Assembly: GCA_964528675.1 (NCBI GenBank)
Contig: CAZGTU010000007.1
Span: 17,353-81,352, forward strand
Origin: an uncultured Bacteroidaceae bacterium
GTDB taxonomy: Bacteria > Bacteroidota > Bacteroidia > Bacteroidales > GCA-2748055
Reading direction: 5' to 3'
DNA: 64,000 bases
Shown here: piece after piece, positions 36,809 through 46,562 of the stretch
Numbering within the stretch: position 1 is the first letter of the stretch
How the letters are laid out: each line of letters begins with the position of its first letter
Translations under genes and position numbers: made by a program
The notes under the pieces: model-generated
Told to the model about the DNA's origin: nothing
Database searches by the model: none
The model's input: the letters and a program-made list of their open reading frames with translations, nothing else

Positions 36809-37264
36809 TCACCTCTCCCCCTGCTCACGTGTCCAGGCCGTTTCTCTCCCCATAAACCTCATTCCCATTACATATCCTTTTATTTTGAGGGTGCCGTAAT
36901 CTCCGTTTTCGAACCACATAAATGCATCATAAGTCTTACCACTTTCCGGATCGTAAATGGTTCCGTTTTCCCATTCTTTTTCTTTTGAATTATATTCAAA
37001 TCCTTTTAATAAAAGGAGTTCCAGTAAAGGGCGATCCCTGAGGTCTTCATCGGGATTTTCTTTATCTTTTTTCGGAGCACCGTTTTCATATGGTTCTTCC
37101 AGCCAGACAAGCTTCCCATAGTATTTCCCGTTTTTGGCTTTGTATATCCATACCTGTGAGCTGCCTTTTTCTGTTAACCAGTATCCTCGAACCTTATCAG
37201 CAGACTGACTGTATAGGGTTACAAAAAGGAAAAAGAAGGACAATGTGAAAAGTAGTTTTTTCAT
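36809..37264 (-). CDS. DUF2147 domain protein (secreted)
   Basis: Signal peptide, then GYWLTEKGSSQVWIYK...GKLVWL...GTIYDPESGKTYDA...LKIKGY pattern typical of DUF2147. Confidence 0.65.
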   Translation of the reverse strand: MKKLLFTLSFFFLFVTLYSQSADKVRGYWLTEKGSSQVWIYKAKNGKYYGKLVWLEEPYENGAPKKDKENPDEDLRDRPLLELLLLKGFEYNSKEKEWENGTIYDPESGKTYDAFMWFENGDYGTLKIKGYVMGMRFMGRETAWTREQGER

Positions 37265-37294
37265 AGTTAAAGTTTTAGAAAGATTAGTTTTTAT

Positions 37295-37801
37295 TTATTT
37301 TCTCTCATAGATGATGAAAGTGTGCGGAAATTCATTTTTTTCACCTGCCGGAAATTCTTGTCTTTCCACCTCCTTCCAATCATCATAATTGATGGAAGGG
37401 AAAAAAGTATCAGCCTCAAATGCCTGGTGAACTTTGGTGAGATATAATTTATTGGCATGGGGAAGGAATTGTTTATAGATCATACCTCCTCCGATAATAA
37501 ATGCTTCTTCATCTTCCTGTACATTTGCAAGGGCTTCTTCTACCGAATATGCCATCTCGCATCCCTCGAAGTTCTCATTTTCATTATCAGTGATTACAAT
37601 ATTTTTTCGATTGGGAAGAGGACCGTTTGGGAGTGAAAGAAAAGTGTTTCTTCCCATGATGACTTTATGACCGGTGGTTAGTTTTTTAAAGCGCCTGAGG
37701 TCATCAGAAATTTTCCAGAGCAGCTCATTGTTCTTTCCAATTGCATTATTTTCTGCAATGGCTACAATGATGGATATGTTTTTATTATAAACCGGGCTCA
37801 T
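37295..37801 (-). CDS. folA: dihydrofolate reductase
   Basis: 168 aa with IVAIAENNAIGKNNELLW, RFKKLTTGHKVIMGRNTF and IGGGMIY motifs. Lies 2 nt downstream of thyA. Confidence 0.85.
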   Translation of the reverse strand: MSPVYNKNISIIVAIAENNAIGKNNELLWKISDDLRRFKKLTTGHKVIMGRNTFLSLPNGPLPNRKNIVITDNENENFEGCEMAYSVEEALANVQEDEEAFIIGGGMIYKQFLPHANKLYLTKVHQAFEADTFFPSINYDDWKEVERQEFPAGEKNEFPHTFIIYERK

Positions 37802-37803
37802 AA

Positions 37804-38598
37804 TTATACAGATATTTTACCCTTAATATGGGGTTGTGGATTGTAATTCTTAAGTGTAAAATCTTTATAGCTGAAGTCAAATATATTTCTCACTTCAGGA
37901 TTCAGGATCATTTCGGGCAAATCGCCGGGTGTACGGGTAAGCTGAAGCTTAACCTGATCGATATGATTAAGGTAAATATGGGCATCTCCAAGCGTATGAA
38001 TGAATTCTCCGGGCTCATATCCTGTTTCTCTTGCCATCATCAATAATAGAAGGGAATAAGAGGCAATATTGAAGGGCACTCCCAGGAAAATATCCGCACT
38101 TCTTTGATATAGCTGGCAGGAAAGTTTACCTTCAGCTACATAAAACTGAAAAAGTATATGACAGGGTGGGAGTGCCATTTTATCCAGTTCTCCGACATTC
38201 CATGCGCTTACAATATGCCTTCTTGAGTCGGGTTTTTTCTTCAGGGATTCAATAACATTTTTGATCTGATCAATGTGTCTGTCATCAGGTGCCGTCCATG
38301 AACGCCATTGATAACCATAAATTTTCCCCAGATCTCCTTTTTCATCGGCCCATTCGTTCCATATTCTAACCCCATTTTCATTCAGGTATTGGATATTGGT
38401 TTCTCCTTTCAGAAACCATAATAGTTCATGAATAATGGATTTTACATGTAGCTTCTTGGTTGTTAAAAGAGGAAAACCATCCGAAAGATTAAATCGCATC
38501 TGATATCCGAAAGTACTGATAGTGCCGGTTCCGGTTCTGTCGTCTTTTCTTACCCCATTATCCAATGTATACTTCAGGAGATCAAGATACTGTTTCAT
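37804..38598 (-). CDS. thyA: thymidylate synthase
   Basis: 264 aa with [15 protein letters not shown] and the active-site region [12 protein letters not shown]. Confidence 0.95.
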   Translation of the reverse strand: MKQYLDLLKYTLDNGVRKDDRTGTGTISTFGYQMRFNLSDGFPLLTTKKLHVKSIIHELLWFLKGETNIQYLNENGVRIWNEWADEKGDLGKIYGYQWRSWTAPDDRHIDQIKNVIESLKKKPDSRRHIVSAWNVGELDKMALPPCHILFQFYVAEGKLSCQLYQRSADIFLGVPFNIASYSLLLLMMARETGYEPGEFIHTLGDAHIYLNHIDQVKLQLTRTPGDLPEMILNPEVRNIFDFSYKDFTLKNYNPQPHIKGKISV

Positions 38599-38616
38599 AT
38601 GCTTTTCTGTTTTTTT

Positions 38617-38635
38617 ATTCCCGCCTACCGGGAAT
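38617..38635 (-). other. perfect 7-bp GC-cored hairpin in the thyA 5' leader
   Basis: attcccg-cctac-cgggaat at 38617-38635, 19 nt upstream of the thyA ATG. On the thyA strand it is followed by A7, so it is not a terminator. Confidence 0.5.
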
Positions 38636-38843
38636 GCCGGTTTGAAAAATTCAAGTGCTAAATTTATGCAATTTGGTTTATCTCATGAAAGAATTAACAA
38701 TTATAATTTAAACAAGTTTTCCTTATCATCGTATGCAATCTAAAATGGATTGATTAATTATATGGAGAATGTGCATAAATTGATGCCCTCGTTTTTAGTT
38801 GAATTATACCATTATCTCTATATTTACATGAATATTAATATCT

Positions 38844-39668
38844 ATGAAAAGAAGGCTTATTCTTATTATTAGCCTGCTATTCAGTTTCATCTGCGTCTTG
38901 AAGTCACAGGTGAACCTTGTTGCTTCTGATCTGGAAGGATGTGATAGTCTTCGGGTTGTGGTGTTCATAGACCCCCTGGAGGTCTACGATACATTGACAT
39001 CTGTTGCATGGAGAGTAAATGAAGAAATAACTGCTTCCGGTGATAGTTTGACTTTACATTTAAACAATCCGGGCACCTATTCTGTGGAGGCAGTTCTAAA
39101 TAGTGATTACGAGATATCTCTTGATCAAAATATAAATGTATTTTCTTCTCCTGATGTTGATTTTGTGTATGCTGATACAACTGCATCCGGCGAGTTTTCG
39201 TATGTTTTCCGAAGTCCAGATCAAGAAGCCGATTCTTTAAATTATACTTATTCCTGGTCCGTTAATGGTGAAGAAGTCGGATTTGAACCAGTTATTATTT
39301 ATTCATTTAATGAAAGCGGTGAGTATACCATAGGTCTTAACGTTGAAAACGACGCAGGGTGCAGCAATGGTCTTGATAAAGATTTATTGATCAGAGAAAT
39401 ATTACAATGTCCAAATGTCTTTACTCCCAATATGGACGGGCATAATGATTATTTTAATGTAAAAACAGATGGCAATACCATTTATGATTTCAGAGTGTAT
39501 TCCCGCTCAGGATTGAAAGTATATCATACAGAATCCCCGACAATTTTCTGGGATGGAAGATCTTTGTCCGGAATAGAAATGCAACCCGGAATATATTATT
39601 ATACCATTGAACCTATTAATAATGAAGCTTCTGGGGAAAAAAGCGGTTTCGTTCACCTCTTTCGTTAA
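38844..39668 (+). CDS. secreted protein with T9SS type-B sorting (gliding-motility-associated C-terminal, CHU_C) domain
   Basis: Signal peptide, Ig/PKD-like middle region, and a C-terminal CPNVFTPNMDGHNDYFNV...GIYYYTI motif block. Confidence 0.75.
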   Translation: MKRRLILIISLLFSFICVLKSQVNLVASDLEGCDSLRVVVFIDPLEVYDTLTSVAWRVNEEITASGDSLTLHLNNPGTYSVEAVLNSDYEISLDQNINVFSSPDVDFVYADTTASGEFSYVFRSPDQEADSLNYTYSWSVNGEEVGFEPVIIYSFNESGEYTIGLNVENDAGCSNGLDKDLLIREILQCPNVFTPNMDGHNDYFNVKTDGNTIYDFRVYSRSGLKVYHTESPTIFWDGRSLSGIEMQPGIYYYTIEPINNEASGEKSGFVHLFR

Positions 39669-39743
39669 ACTTCTCATATCTTGATTAATTTTAAATAAGC
39701 TATATTCTTTCTAAGTGAAAGATTCAGTTAATTCTGTATTTCC

Positions 39744-39751
39744 TATATTTG
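39744..39751 (+). promoter_or_regulatory. -7 box TATATTTG upstream of the ACIII operon
   Basis: tatatttg at 39744-39751, 60 nt upstream of the actA ATG. Confidence 0.35.
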
Positions 39752-39811
39752 GAAATGCAAGAATTATTGAACATTAGAAACTTGCTAATCCATTAACCTA
39801 AATCTATCGGG

Positions 39812-40963
39812 ATGCGAGAACATTTTTACAGGTATTCCTTTTTGTTACTTTCCGTATTTTTATTTCATTCTCCTGTTTTATTTGCGGCTATAGAAGCTGA
39901 TTCATATGAAAGTTCGGATGATTCTATTCATGTTTCTGCTGAATTTGTAACACGGGGAGAGCGCCTGTTTTATGGATTGGTTTACCACGGAGAAAAATCT
40001 GTGAATTGCGCAGGATGTCATAATGTCCGTTTTAATCTCAGCGATACGGTGAACTGGAATCCTGATGCTTATGAAATTTCTCTGAAATACCGGGAAAATA
40101 AACCGGAGGATCTTCAGGATGTGTTAATAAACCCCAGAGCTGCGAAACTATCCGAAGCGCATGCTGATATTGACCTATCCATAGAAGATATTACCATGAT
40201 CAAATCTTATATGGATGTGGTTGCAGAAGAGGGATTAATAATGCCAAAGCCAATGGTAAACCGTTTGATTTTCTTTATTCTTCTGATTATTCTGTTATTA
40301 TTTTCATTAACAGATTTAATTATTACAAGGAAAATCCCTGCAAAATGGATTCACCTTATTATTATCCTTGGTTCAGGTTTTTTTATCACCAAAATTCTTG
40401 TAGAGGAAGCGATTGATATCGGCAGATCTGAAAACTATGCCCCGAACCAACCGCTAAAGTTCTCGCATGCTATTCATGCAGGGCAGAACAAAACAGATTG
40501 TTTTTATTGCCATCCTTCTGCAGAGTACAGTAAATCGGCAGGGATTGCTTCTTCAGGTACATGCATGAATTGTCACCTTATTGTCAGGAGTGGAAGCAGG
40601 TCGGGTACCTGGGAGATCAATAAGCTTATTTCCTCATATAATGAAGACGAGCATATTGAGTGGATAAAGGTACATCACAATCCCGATCATGTTTACTTTA
40701 ACCATGCACAACATGTTGTTATTGGAGGGGTTGAGTGCCAGGAATGTCATGGAGAGGTGGAAGAAATGCACAGGATTGAACAGGTTTCGGATCTTTCAAT
40801 GGGATGGTGTATCGAGTGTCATCGTGAAAACGAAGTAAGTTTTCATTCAAATGAATTTTATAGTAGCTATGAAGAACTGGTTCAGGAAGTCAAACAGGAC
40901 GAGGTTAATGCAGTCACAGTTGAGAAGGTTGGCGGAACTGAATGTATGAAATGTCATTATTAA
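39812..40963 (+). CDS. actA: alternative complex III subunit ActA (multihaem cytochrome c, six CxxCH motifs)
   Basis: CAGCH, CFYCH, CMNCH, CQECH, CIECH and CMKCH. Two hydrophobic helices separate the first haem motif from the other five. First gene of an actABCDEF-ordered cluster. Confidence 0.85.
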   Translation: MREHFYRYSFLLLSVFLFHSPVLFAAIEADSYESSDDSIHVSAEFVTRGERLFYGLVYHGEKSVNCAGCHNVRFNLSDTVNWNPDAYEISLKYRENKPEDLQDVLINPRAAKLSEAHADIDLSIEDITMIKSYMDVVAEEGLIMPKPMVNRLIFFILLIILLLFSLTDLIITRKIPAKWIHLIIILGSGFFITKILVEEAIDIGRSENYAPNQPLKFSHAIHAGQNKTDCFYCHPSAEYSKSAGIASSGTCMNCHLIVRSGSRSGTWEINKLISSYNEDEHIEWIKVHHNPDHVYFNHAQHVVIGGVECQECHGEVEEMHRIEQVSDLSMGWCIECHRENEVSFHSNEFYSSYEELVQEVKQDEVNAVTVEKVGGTECMKCHY

Positions 40964-41023
40964 TAATATCTGTTTTTCCTGATTTTGAATTATGAACCTG
41001 TTCGTGGTAAAGAATTATACAGT

Positions 41024-44014
41024 ATGAATAAAAAACCAAAAAAGCAATCCTCAGACTCAGATTCCAGGCAAAAAAAATACTGGAGCAGTCTTGATGAATA
41101 CCATGATATTCCTGATATCAATGAAGAAAGAGCTGAGGATAATCATAAGAATGCTGTTCTGGAAATGTTCGATGAAAAGATAACAGGAGCGAAATCCTCC
41201 CGCCGGGATTTTCTGAAGCTTTTCGGATTTAGTTTGACAGGTGCAGCGCTGGCTGCTTCCTGTGAAAAACCCGTACAGAAAGCCATTCCTTATGTTGTCC
41301 AACCTGAGGAGATAATTCCCGGGAAAGCTTTACATTATGCAACCACTTTTTTTGATGGGAAAGATTATTGCAGTGTTGTTATAAAAACCAGGGAAGGAAG
41401 ACCCATCAAAGTGGAAGGAAATTCACTTTCTCCTTTCAACAGGGGAGGTACTACAGCCAGGGTTCAGGCATCTGTACTGAGTCTCTACGATGATGCTCGT
41501 TATAAAGAGCCTTTTGGCAAAGGAAGTAAAAATAGCTGGGAGAATATTGATTCCAATATCACAAAAGCTTTAAAAGATGCTGATGCTTCAGGTAAAGAAG
41601 TGGTTTTGCTGTCTTCAACCATTATCTCTCCGACCACTCGCAATCTTATTGATGAATTTTCGTCGAATTACAGCAACTTTAAATGGGTGCAGTACGATGC
41701 TGTTTCACATTATGGCATAAGAAAAGCTTACGAAGCCCTGTTTGGTGCACCCCTTATACCTGATCTTCGTTTTGATAAAGCAGATGTAGTTGTTGGATTT
41801 GGAGCAGATTTTCTTGGCTCCTGGCTTGCTCCGGCTCATTTTATTCCCTTATATGCCGAAAGAAAAAAACTTCACAGGGGGGAGACGGATATACTAAGAC
41901 ATTATCACTTTGAATCAGGAATGACTGTCACCGGGTCAAATGCAGATCATCGTTTTCCTGTGAAGCCTGGGGCAGAGAAGAATATCCTGATCAATCTTTA
42001 CAATCGGGTGGCGGAAAGAACCGGCCAAAGTACCCTGCCTTCTGTTGAGGTTGAAGTAGATATTTCTAATATGGTTGAAGATCTGCTTTCTGCCGGAAAT
42101 CGTTCATTGGTGGTGTCAGGCAACAATGATCCTGAATGCCAGATGCTTGTTGCCGGGATCAACAGAATGTTAGGCGCAATAGGCACCACAGTTGATATTA
42201 ACAATGCATTGAGGCTTGCAGCAGGGGATGATCTGGAAATGGATACCCTGGCAGAAAGTATTAACACCGGAAGGGTAGGGGCACTTCTGATACATGATGT
42301 GAATCCGGTGTATGATTATCCAGGCGGATCGGATTTGGGAGATGCTATTTCAAAGCTCGATCTGAGTGTGTCATTTGCATGGATAAAAAATGAAACTTCT
42401 GAAGTTTGCCAGTACATCTGTCCCTTACATCATTACCTTGAATCCTGGGATGATGCAGAAGTGATACCGGGTCAGCTTTCTTTAACCCAGCCAACCATCA
42501 GACCCATATTTAATACCCGTTCCATGCAGGATTGTCTTCTGGCATGGATGGGGAGAAATATTACCTATCAGTCTTATCTGAAAACGAGCTGGGAAGATCG
42601 ATTCTGGGATGGAAAGGCAGAGTTTAATGATTTCTGGAATAAAAGTCTTCAGGAAGGTGTTTACAATTATGAAATTTCAGGTGGTTGGAATCCTGAATTT
42701 AACTCTGATCCTCTCAACAAGATTAAACCCGCAGAAAGGGGATCAGATAATTTCACCCTGATAATGAGTGAAAGTGTGCAAATGGGAGATGGTAAATATG
42801 CAAACAATCCCTGGTTGCAGGAATTGCCTGATCCGATTGCTAAAGTATGCTGGGACAATTTCCTTTCTTTATCACCGGAGGATGCCTCCAGGCTTGAAGT
42901 GAATAACGGGGATATGGTTTTGTTGAATAATGAAGTTAATATTCCTGTTCTTATCCAGCCCGGTCAGGCTGCATTAACTGCTTCCGTTTCTCTTGGATAC
43001 GGACGAACATCGGCAGGTAAGGTTGGTGAAGATCTTGGCATTAATGCTTTTAAACTGGTTGATCTGAAAGATGGAATCAGGAGTTATTTTGTAAACGGGG
43101 TATCTATACAACCAACCGGCGAGAACATAATTCTGGCCCTCACCCAGACGCATAATTCCATGGAAGGCAGGCCCATTGTGCGGGAAGCCAACCTGGATGA
43201 ATATCTTGAGAGTTCAGATGCCGGGAATGAATTGCATGAAGAGTATGAATCTCATCATAAAACACTTTATCCCGATGTTGAATTTGACGGATTTCACTGG
43301 GGACTCGCTGTAGATCTGAATGCCTGTGTGGGTTGCAATACCTGTGTGATATCATGTCAGGCGGAAAATAATATTCCGGTTGTGGGAAAATCTGAGGTTT
43401 ATCGAAGAAGGATCATGCATTGGATTAAAATTGATCGTTACTATTCTGATGATCCGGCCAATCCCCATGTATCGTATCAGCCCAATTTGTGTCAGCATTG
43501 TGATAATGCACCCTGTGAAAATGTATGTCCGGTATCCGCTACCAATCATAGCTCAGAGGGGATTAACCAGATGTCTTATAATAGATGTATAGGAACAAAG
43601 TATTGTATAAATAATTGTCCTTATCGTGCTCGCCGGTTCAACTGGTATAAGTATGTAAACAATGATGAATTTGATTACAATACCCATTCCGATTTAGGGA
43701 AGATGGTATTGAACCCTGATGTAACTGTCCGTTCAAGAGGAGTTGTTGAAAAATGTTCATTCTGCGTGCAGAGAATACAGGAAAAGAAAATGGAAGCGAA
43801 GTTGGAAAACCGCAGCCTTGAGGATGGTGAAATTCAACCTGCCTGTGTTCAGGCTTGCCCTGCCGGTGCCCTTGTATTTGGAAACCTGAAGGACAAGAAC
43901 AGCAAAGTATCAAAGATGTTTGCTGATGCCAGGAATTATCATTTACTGGAACAACTGCATACCCTGCCCAGTGTAGGATATCTTACAAAGATCAGGAATC
44001 AAAAAAAGAGTTAA
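41024..44014 (+). CDS. actB: alternative complex III subunit ActB (molybdopterin-oxidoreductase-like domain fused to 4Fe-4S ferredoxin domain, Tat signal)
   Basis: Twin-arginine motif SRRDFLKLFGF. C-terminal Cys clusters CVGCNTCVISC, CQHCDNAPCENVCP, CIGTKYCINNCP and CVQACP. The ATG at 41024 is preferred over the TTG at 40985. Confidence 0.9.
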   Translation: MNKKPKKQSSDSDSRQKKYWSSLDEYHDIPDINEERAEDNHKNAVLEMFDEKITGAKSSRRDFLKLFGFSLTGAALAASCEKPVQKAIPYVVQPEEIIPGKALHYATTFFDGKDYCSVVIKTREGRPIKVEGNSLSPFNRGGTTARVQASVLSLYDDARYKEPFGKGSKNSWENIDSNITKALKDADASGKEVVLLSSTIISPTTRNLIDEFSSNYSNFKWVQYDAVSHYGIRKAYEALFGAPLIPDLRFDKADVVVGFGADFLGSWLAPAHFIPLYAERKKLHRGETDILRHYHFESGMTVTGSNADHRFPVKPGAEKNILINLYNRVAERTGQSTLPSVEVEVDISNMVEDLLSAGNRSLVVSGNNDPECQMLVAGINRMLGAIGTTVDINNALRLAAGDDLEMDTLAESINTGRVGALLIHDVNPVYDYPGGSDLGDAISKLDLSVSFAWIKNETSEVCQYICPLHHYLESWDDAEVIPGQLSLTQPTIRPIFNTRSMQDCLLAWMGRNITYQSYLKTSWEDRFWDGKAEFNDFWNKSLQEGVYNYEISGGWNPEFNSDPLNKIKPAERGSDNFTLIMSESVQMGDGKYANNPWLQELPDPIAKVCWDNFLSLSPEDASRLEVNNGDMVLLNNEVNIPVLIQPGQAALTASVSLGYGRTSAGKVGEDLGINAFKLVDLKDGIRSYFVNGVSIQPTGENIILALTQTHNSMEGRPIVREANLDEYLESSDAGNELHEEYESHHKTLYPDVEFDGFHWGLAVDLNACVGCNTCVISCQAENNIPVVGKSEVYRRRIMHWIKIDRYYSDDPANPHVSYQPNLCQHCDNAPCENVCPVSATNHSSEGINQMSYNRCIGTKYCINNCPYRARRFNWYKYVNNDEFDYNTHSDLGKMVLNPDVTVRSRGVVEKCSFCVQRIQEKKMEAKLENRSLEDGEIQPACVQACPAGALVFGNLKDKNSKVSKMFADARNYHLLEQLHTLPSVGYLTKIRNQKKS

Positions 44015-44035
44015 TACGAATAAAAATTCCTCACA

Positions 44036-45397
44036 ATGTATAACAAAGGATTAAGAGGACCCTTAATTGAAGGCGATAAAACTTACAGTCAGATCAGTGC
44101 TGATATTATTGCACCAACTGAAACCCGGCCCGGGAATTGGTGGTTCATAGGGATGGCCCTGGGAAGCCTGGCATCACTCTGGGGTATTTATGCCATTTAC
44201 GAAACACTTGCTTATGGAATCGGTAGCTGGGGTGTAAATAATACTGTAGGCTGGGGATGGGCTATAATTAATTTCGTGTGGTGGATTGGTATAGGTCATG
44301 CAGGAACAGCTTTTTCTATTTTTCTTTTAATTCTTCGTCAACGATGGAGAACTTCCATTAATAGAGCAGCTGAGGCCATGACAGTCGTTGCGGTAGGGTG
44401 TGCCTCACTTTTCCCTGCCCTTCATATGGGAAGGATCTGGCTGGCGTTTTATATTTTTCCTTATCCTAATACGCGCGGTCCTCTCTGGGTGAACTTTAAT
44501 TCACCATTATTCTGGGATTTTATTGCTATAACAGCCTATCTGCTGATTTCTTTTTCATTCTGGTACCTGGGTATGCTTCCCGATTTTGCAACCATAAGAG
44601 ACAGAACTAAATCAAAAGTAAGAAAAGCAGTGTATGGATTCTTTGCCATGGGATGGACGGGCTCATCAAGGCAATGGACAAGATTTGAATCTTTAAGCTT
44701 TATCCTGGGAGGTATTGCAGCGGTGCTTGTTGTATCTGTGCATTCAATTGTTTCAACGGACTTTGCAGTTTCGGTTATTCCTGGCTGGCATACCACAATT
44801 TTTCCTCCCTATTTTGTTGTTGGAGCTATTTTTTCAGGTTTTGCTATGGTAGTAACACTTATGGTTATTATCAGAAAGATCTATAAACTTGAAAATTACA
44901 TAACGGACAGGCATCTCGATGCTATTGCAAGGATACTGATCTTTATTTCATTGATCATGGGTACTGCATATATTACGGAGATATTTGTTGCTTGGTACAG
45001 TGGTAATGATTTCGAGATCTTCACCTTCTTTAAAAATCGTGTTACCGGAAAATATGCAGTCCAATTCTGGATTATGTTTACCTGTAATGCCTTGATCCCG
45101 CAATTATTTTGGATTCGTAAAGTAAGGAAAAGCATGCTTGCTTTATTTATTATTTCCATTTTTATAAATGTGGGAATGTGGTTTGAGAGATTCAATATTG
45201 TGATTACATCACTGGGTAATGATTATCTGCCTTCAAACTGGGCAAATTATGCGCCTACACTTACTGAAGTAGGTCTTTTTGTTGGTACAATCGGACTGTT
45301 TACTGTCGGGGTGCTTATGTTTTTCCGCTACATTCCAATGATAGCGATTTCAGAGGTGAAATCTGTATTAAAGATTGGGACAAGAAAAGATGATTAA
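44036..45397 (+). CDS. actC: alternative complex III subunit ActC (NrfD/PsrC-family quinol-interacting membrane subunit)
   Basis: 453 aa with about 10 TM helices. Position after actB. Confidence 0.85.
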   Translation: MYNKGLRGPLIEGDKTYSQISADIIAPTETRPGNWWFIGMALGSLASLWGIYAIYETLAYGIGSWGVNNTVGWGWAIINFVWWIGIGHAGTAFSIFLLILRQRWRTSINRAAEAMTVVAVGCASLFPALHMGRIWLAFYIFPYPNTRGPLWVNFNSPLFWDFIAITAYLLISFSFWYLGMLPDFATIRDRTKSKVRKAVYGFFAMGWTGSSRQWTRFESLSFILGGIAAVLVVSVHSIVSTDFAVSVIPGWHTTIFPPYFVVGAIFSGFAMVVTLMVIIRKIYKLENYITDRHLDAIARILIFISLIMGTAYITEIFVAWYSGNDFEIFTFFKNRVTGKYAVQFWIMFTCNALIPQLFWIRKVRKSMLALFIISIFINVGMWFERFNIVITSLGNDYLPSNWANYAPTLTEVGLFVGTIGLFTVGVLMFFRYIPMIAISEVKSVLKIGTRKDD

Positions 45398-45414
45398 TTA
45401 AAATTTTTTATACA

Positions 45415-45936
45415 ATGGATGGCTTATTCAAAGTTGGTGTTTTTGATGATGAAGAGAAATTGATCTCTTCACTGCAGGATCTTGTTGACAGGGGCATCAG
45501 CATACACGAAGTTTTCACTCCTTATCCGATGCATCGTGTAATCAGGATTCTCAAACGAAAATCCATGTTACCCACTGCTGCTCTGATTTATGGTCTTGCA
45601 GGAGCGACTGCTGTACTTGCTTTTTTGTATTATACTTCGGTAATAAGCTGGCCAATTGTATATGGAGGGAAGCCGTTTAACACATTTCCTTCATTTATTG
45701 TGATCACAATCGTTTTAACGATCTTCATTGTCACCATTGCAAGTCTTGCAACTTTTTCCGCCAGATCCAAATTGGTTCCTGGAAATGAAAATCCTGTGTT
45801 TGACGAAAGAGGAACGGATGATAAATTCATAATAGTGTTATCCGATAAAGAAATTGAAGAGGGAAAATTTAAAGAAGCATCCGGTATTTTAAAACGAGGC
45901 GGGGCACTGGAGATCATTGATAAAAGTTTTGAATAG
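45415..45936 (+). CDS. actD: alternative complex III subunit ActD (DUF3341)
   Basis: 173 aa with two central TM helices. Operon position. Confidence 0.75.
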   Translation: MDGLFKVGVFDDEEKLISSLQDLVDRGISIHEVFTPYPMHRVIRILKRKSMLPTAALIYGLAGATAVLAFLYYTSVISWPIVYGGKPFNTFPSFIVITIVLTIFIVTIASLATFSARSKLVPGNENPVFDERGTDDKFIIVLSDKEIEEGKFKEASGILKRGGALEIIDKSFE

Positions 45937-45951
45937 AAAAAATAACAGAAT

Positions 45952-46542
45952 ATGAAGATAAGAAAATCACATATACATCTGCCTGTTGTCTTCCTGCTGA
46001 TATTTATTACAATTTCCTGCACAGATAACAGAAATCATCCCGGATACGATTATTTTCCGGATATGTTCTATTCAGAGGCTTATGAAACATATTCCGAAAA
46101 TCCTGTCTATGATGATGGAAGTACAATGAGAAAACCGGTTGAAGGCAGCATCCCGAGAGGATTTATCCCTTTCCAGTATACTAATGAAGAGGGAGAGCGT
46201 GAACGAGCCGGTGAAAAACTTGATAATCCTTTTTCAGGCAACCAAAATGTTGTTAAAAGAGGACAGGAGGTATACCAAAACTTTTGTATTATGTGTCATG
46301 GTGAGGCAGGGAAAGGTGAGGGATATCTTCAAACAAGTGGTTTATACGTGGCACTTCCACGGAGCCTGGTTAATGATGTAGCACGCAACCTGAAAGATGG
46401 GGAGATCTATCATACCATTACACTCGGATTTGGCTCAATGGGAGCGCATAAGTCACTGGTCAGGCCTGATGACCGGTGGAAAGCCATATCTTATATACGT
46501 CAGGTTTTGCAGGAAAACGAGGAAGACATTAGTAATCACTAA
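45952..46542 (+). CDS. actE: alternative complex III subunit ActE (monohaem cytochrome c lipoprotein)
   Basis: Lipobox-like ITISC and a single CIMCHG haem motif with a distal Met (GFGSMGAH). Confidence 0.8.
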   Translation: MKIRKSHIHLPVVFLLIFITISCTDNRNHPGYDYFPDMFYSEAYETYSENPVYDDGSTMRKPVEGSIPRGFIPFQYTNEEGERERAGEKLDNPFSGNQNVVKRGQEVYQNFCIMCHGEAGKGEGYLQTSGLYVALPRSLVNDVARNLKDGEIYHTITLGFGSMGAHKSLVRPDDRWKAISYIRQVLQENEEDISNH

Positions 46543-46562
46543 AAAGAATTAAACTCAACATC

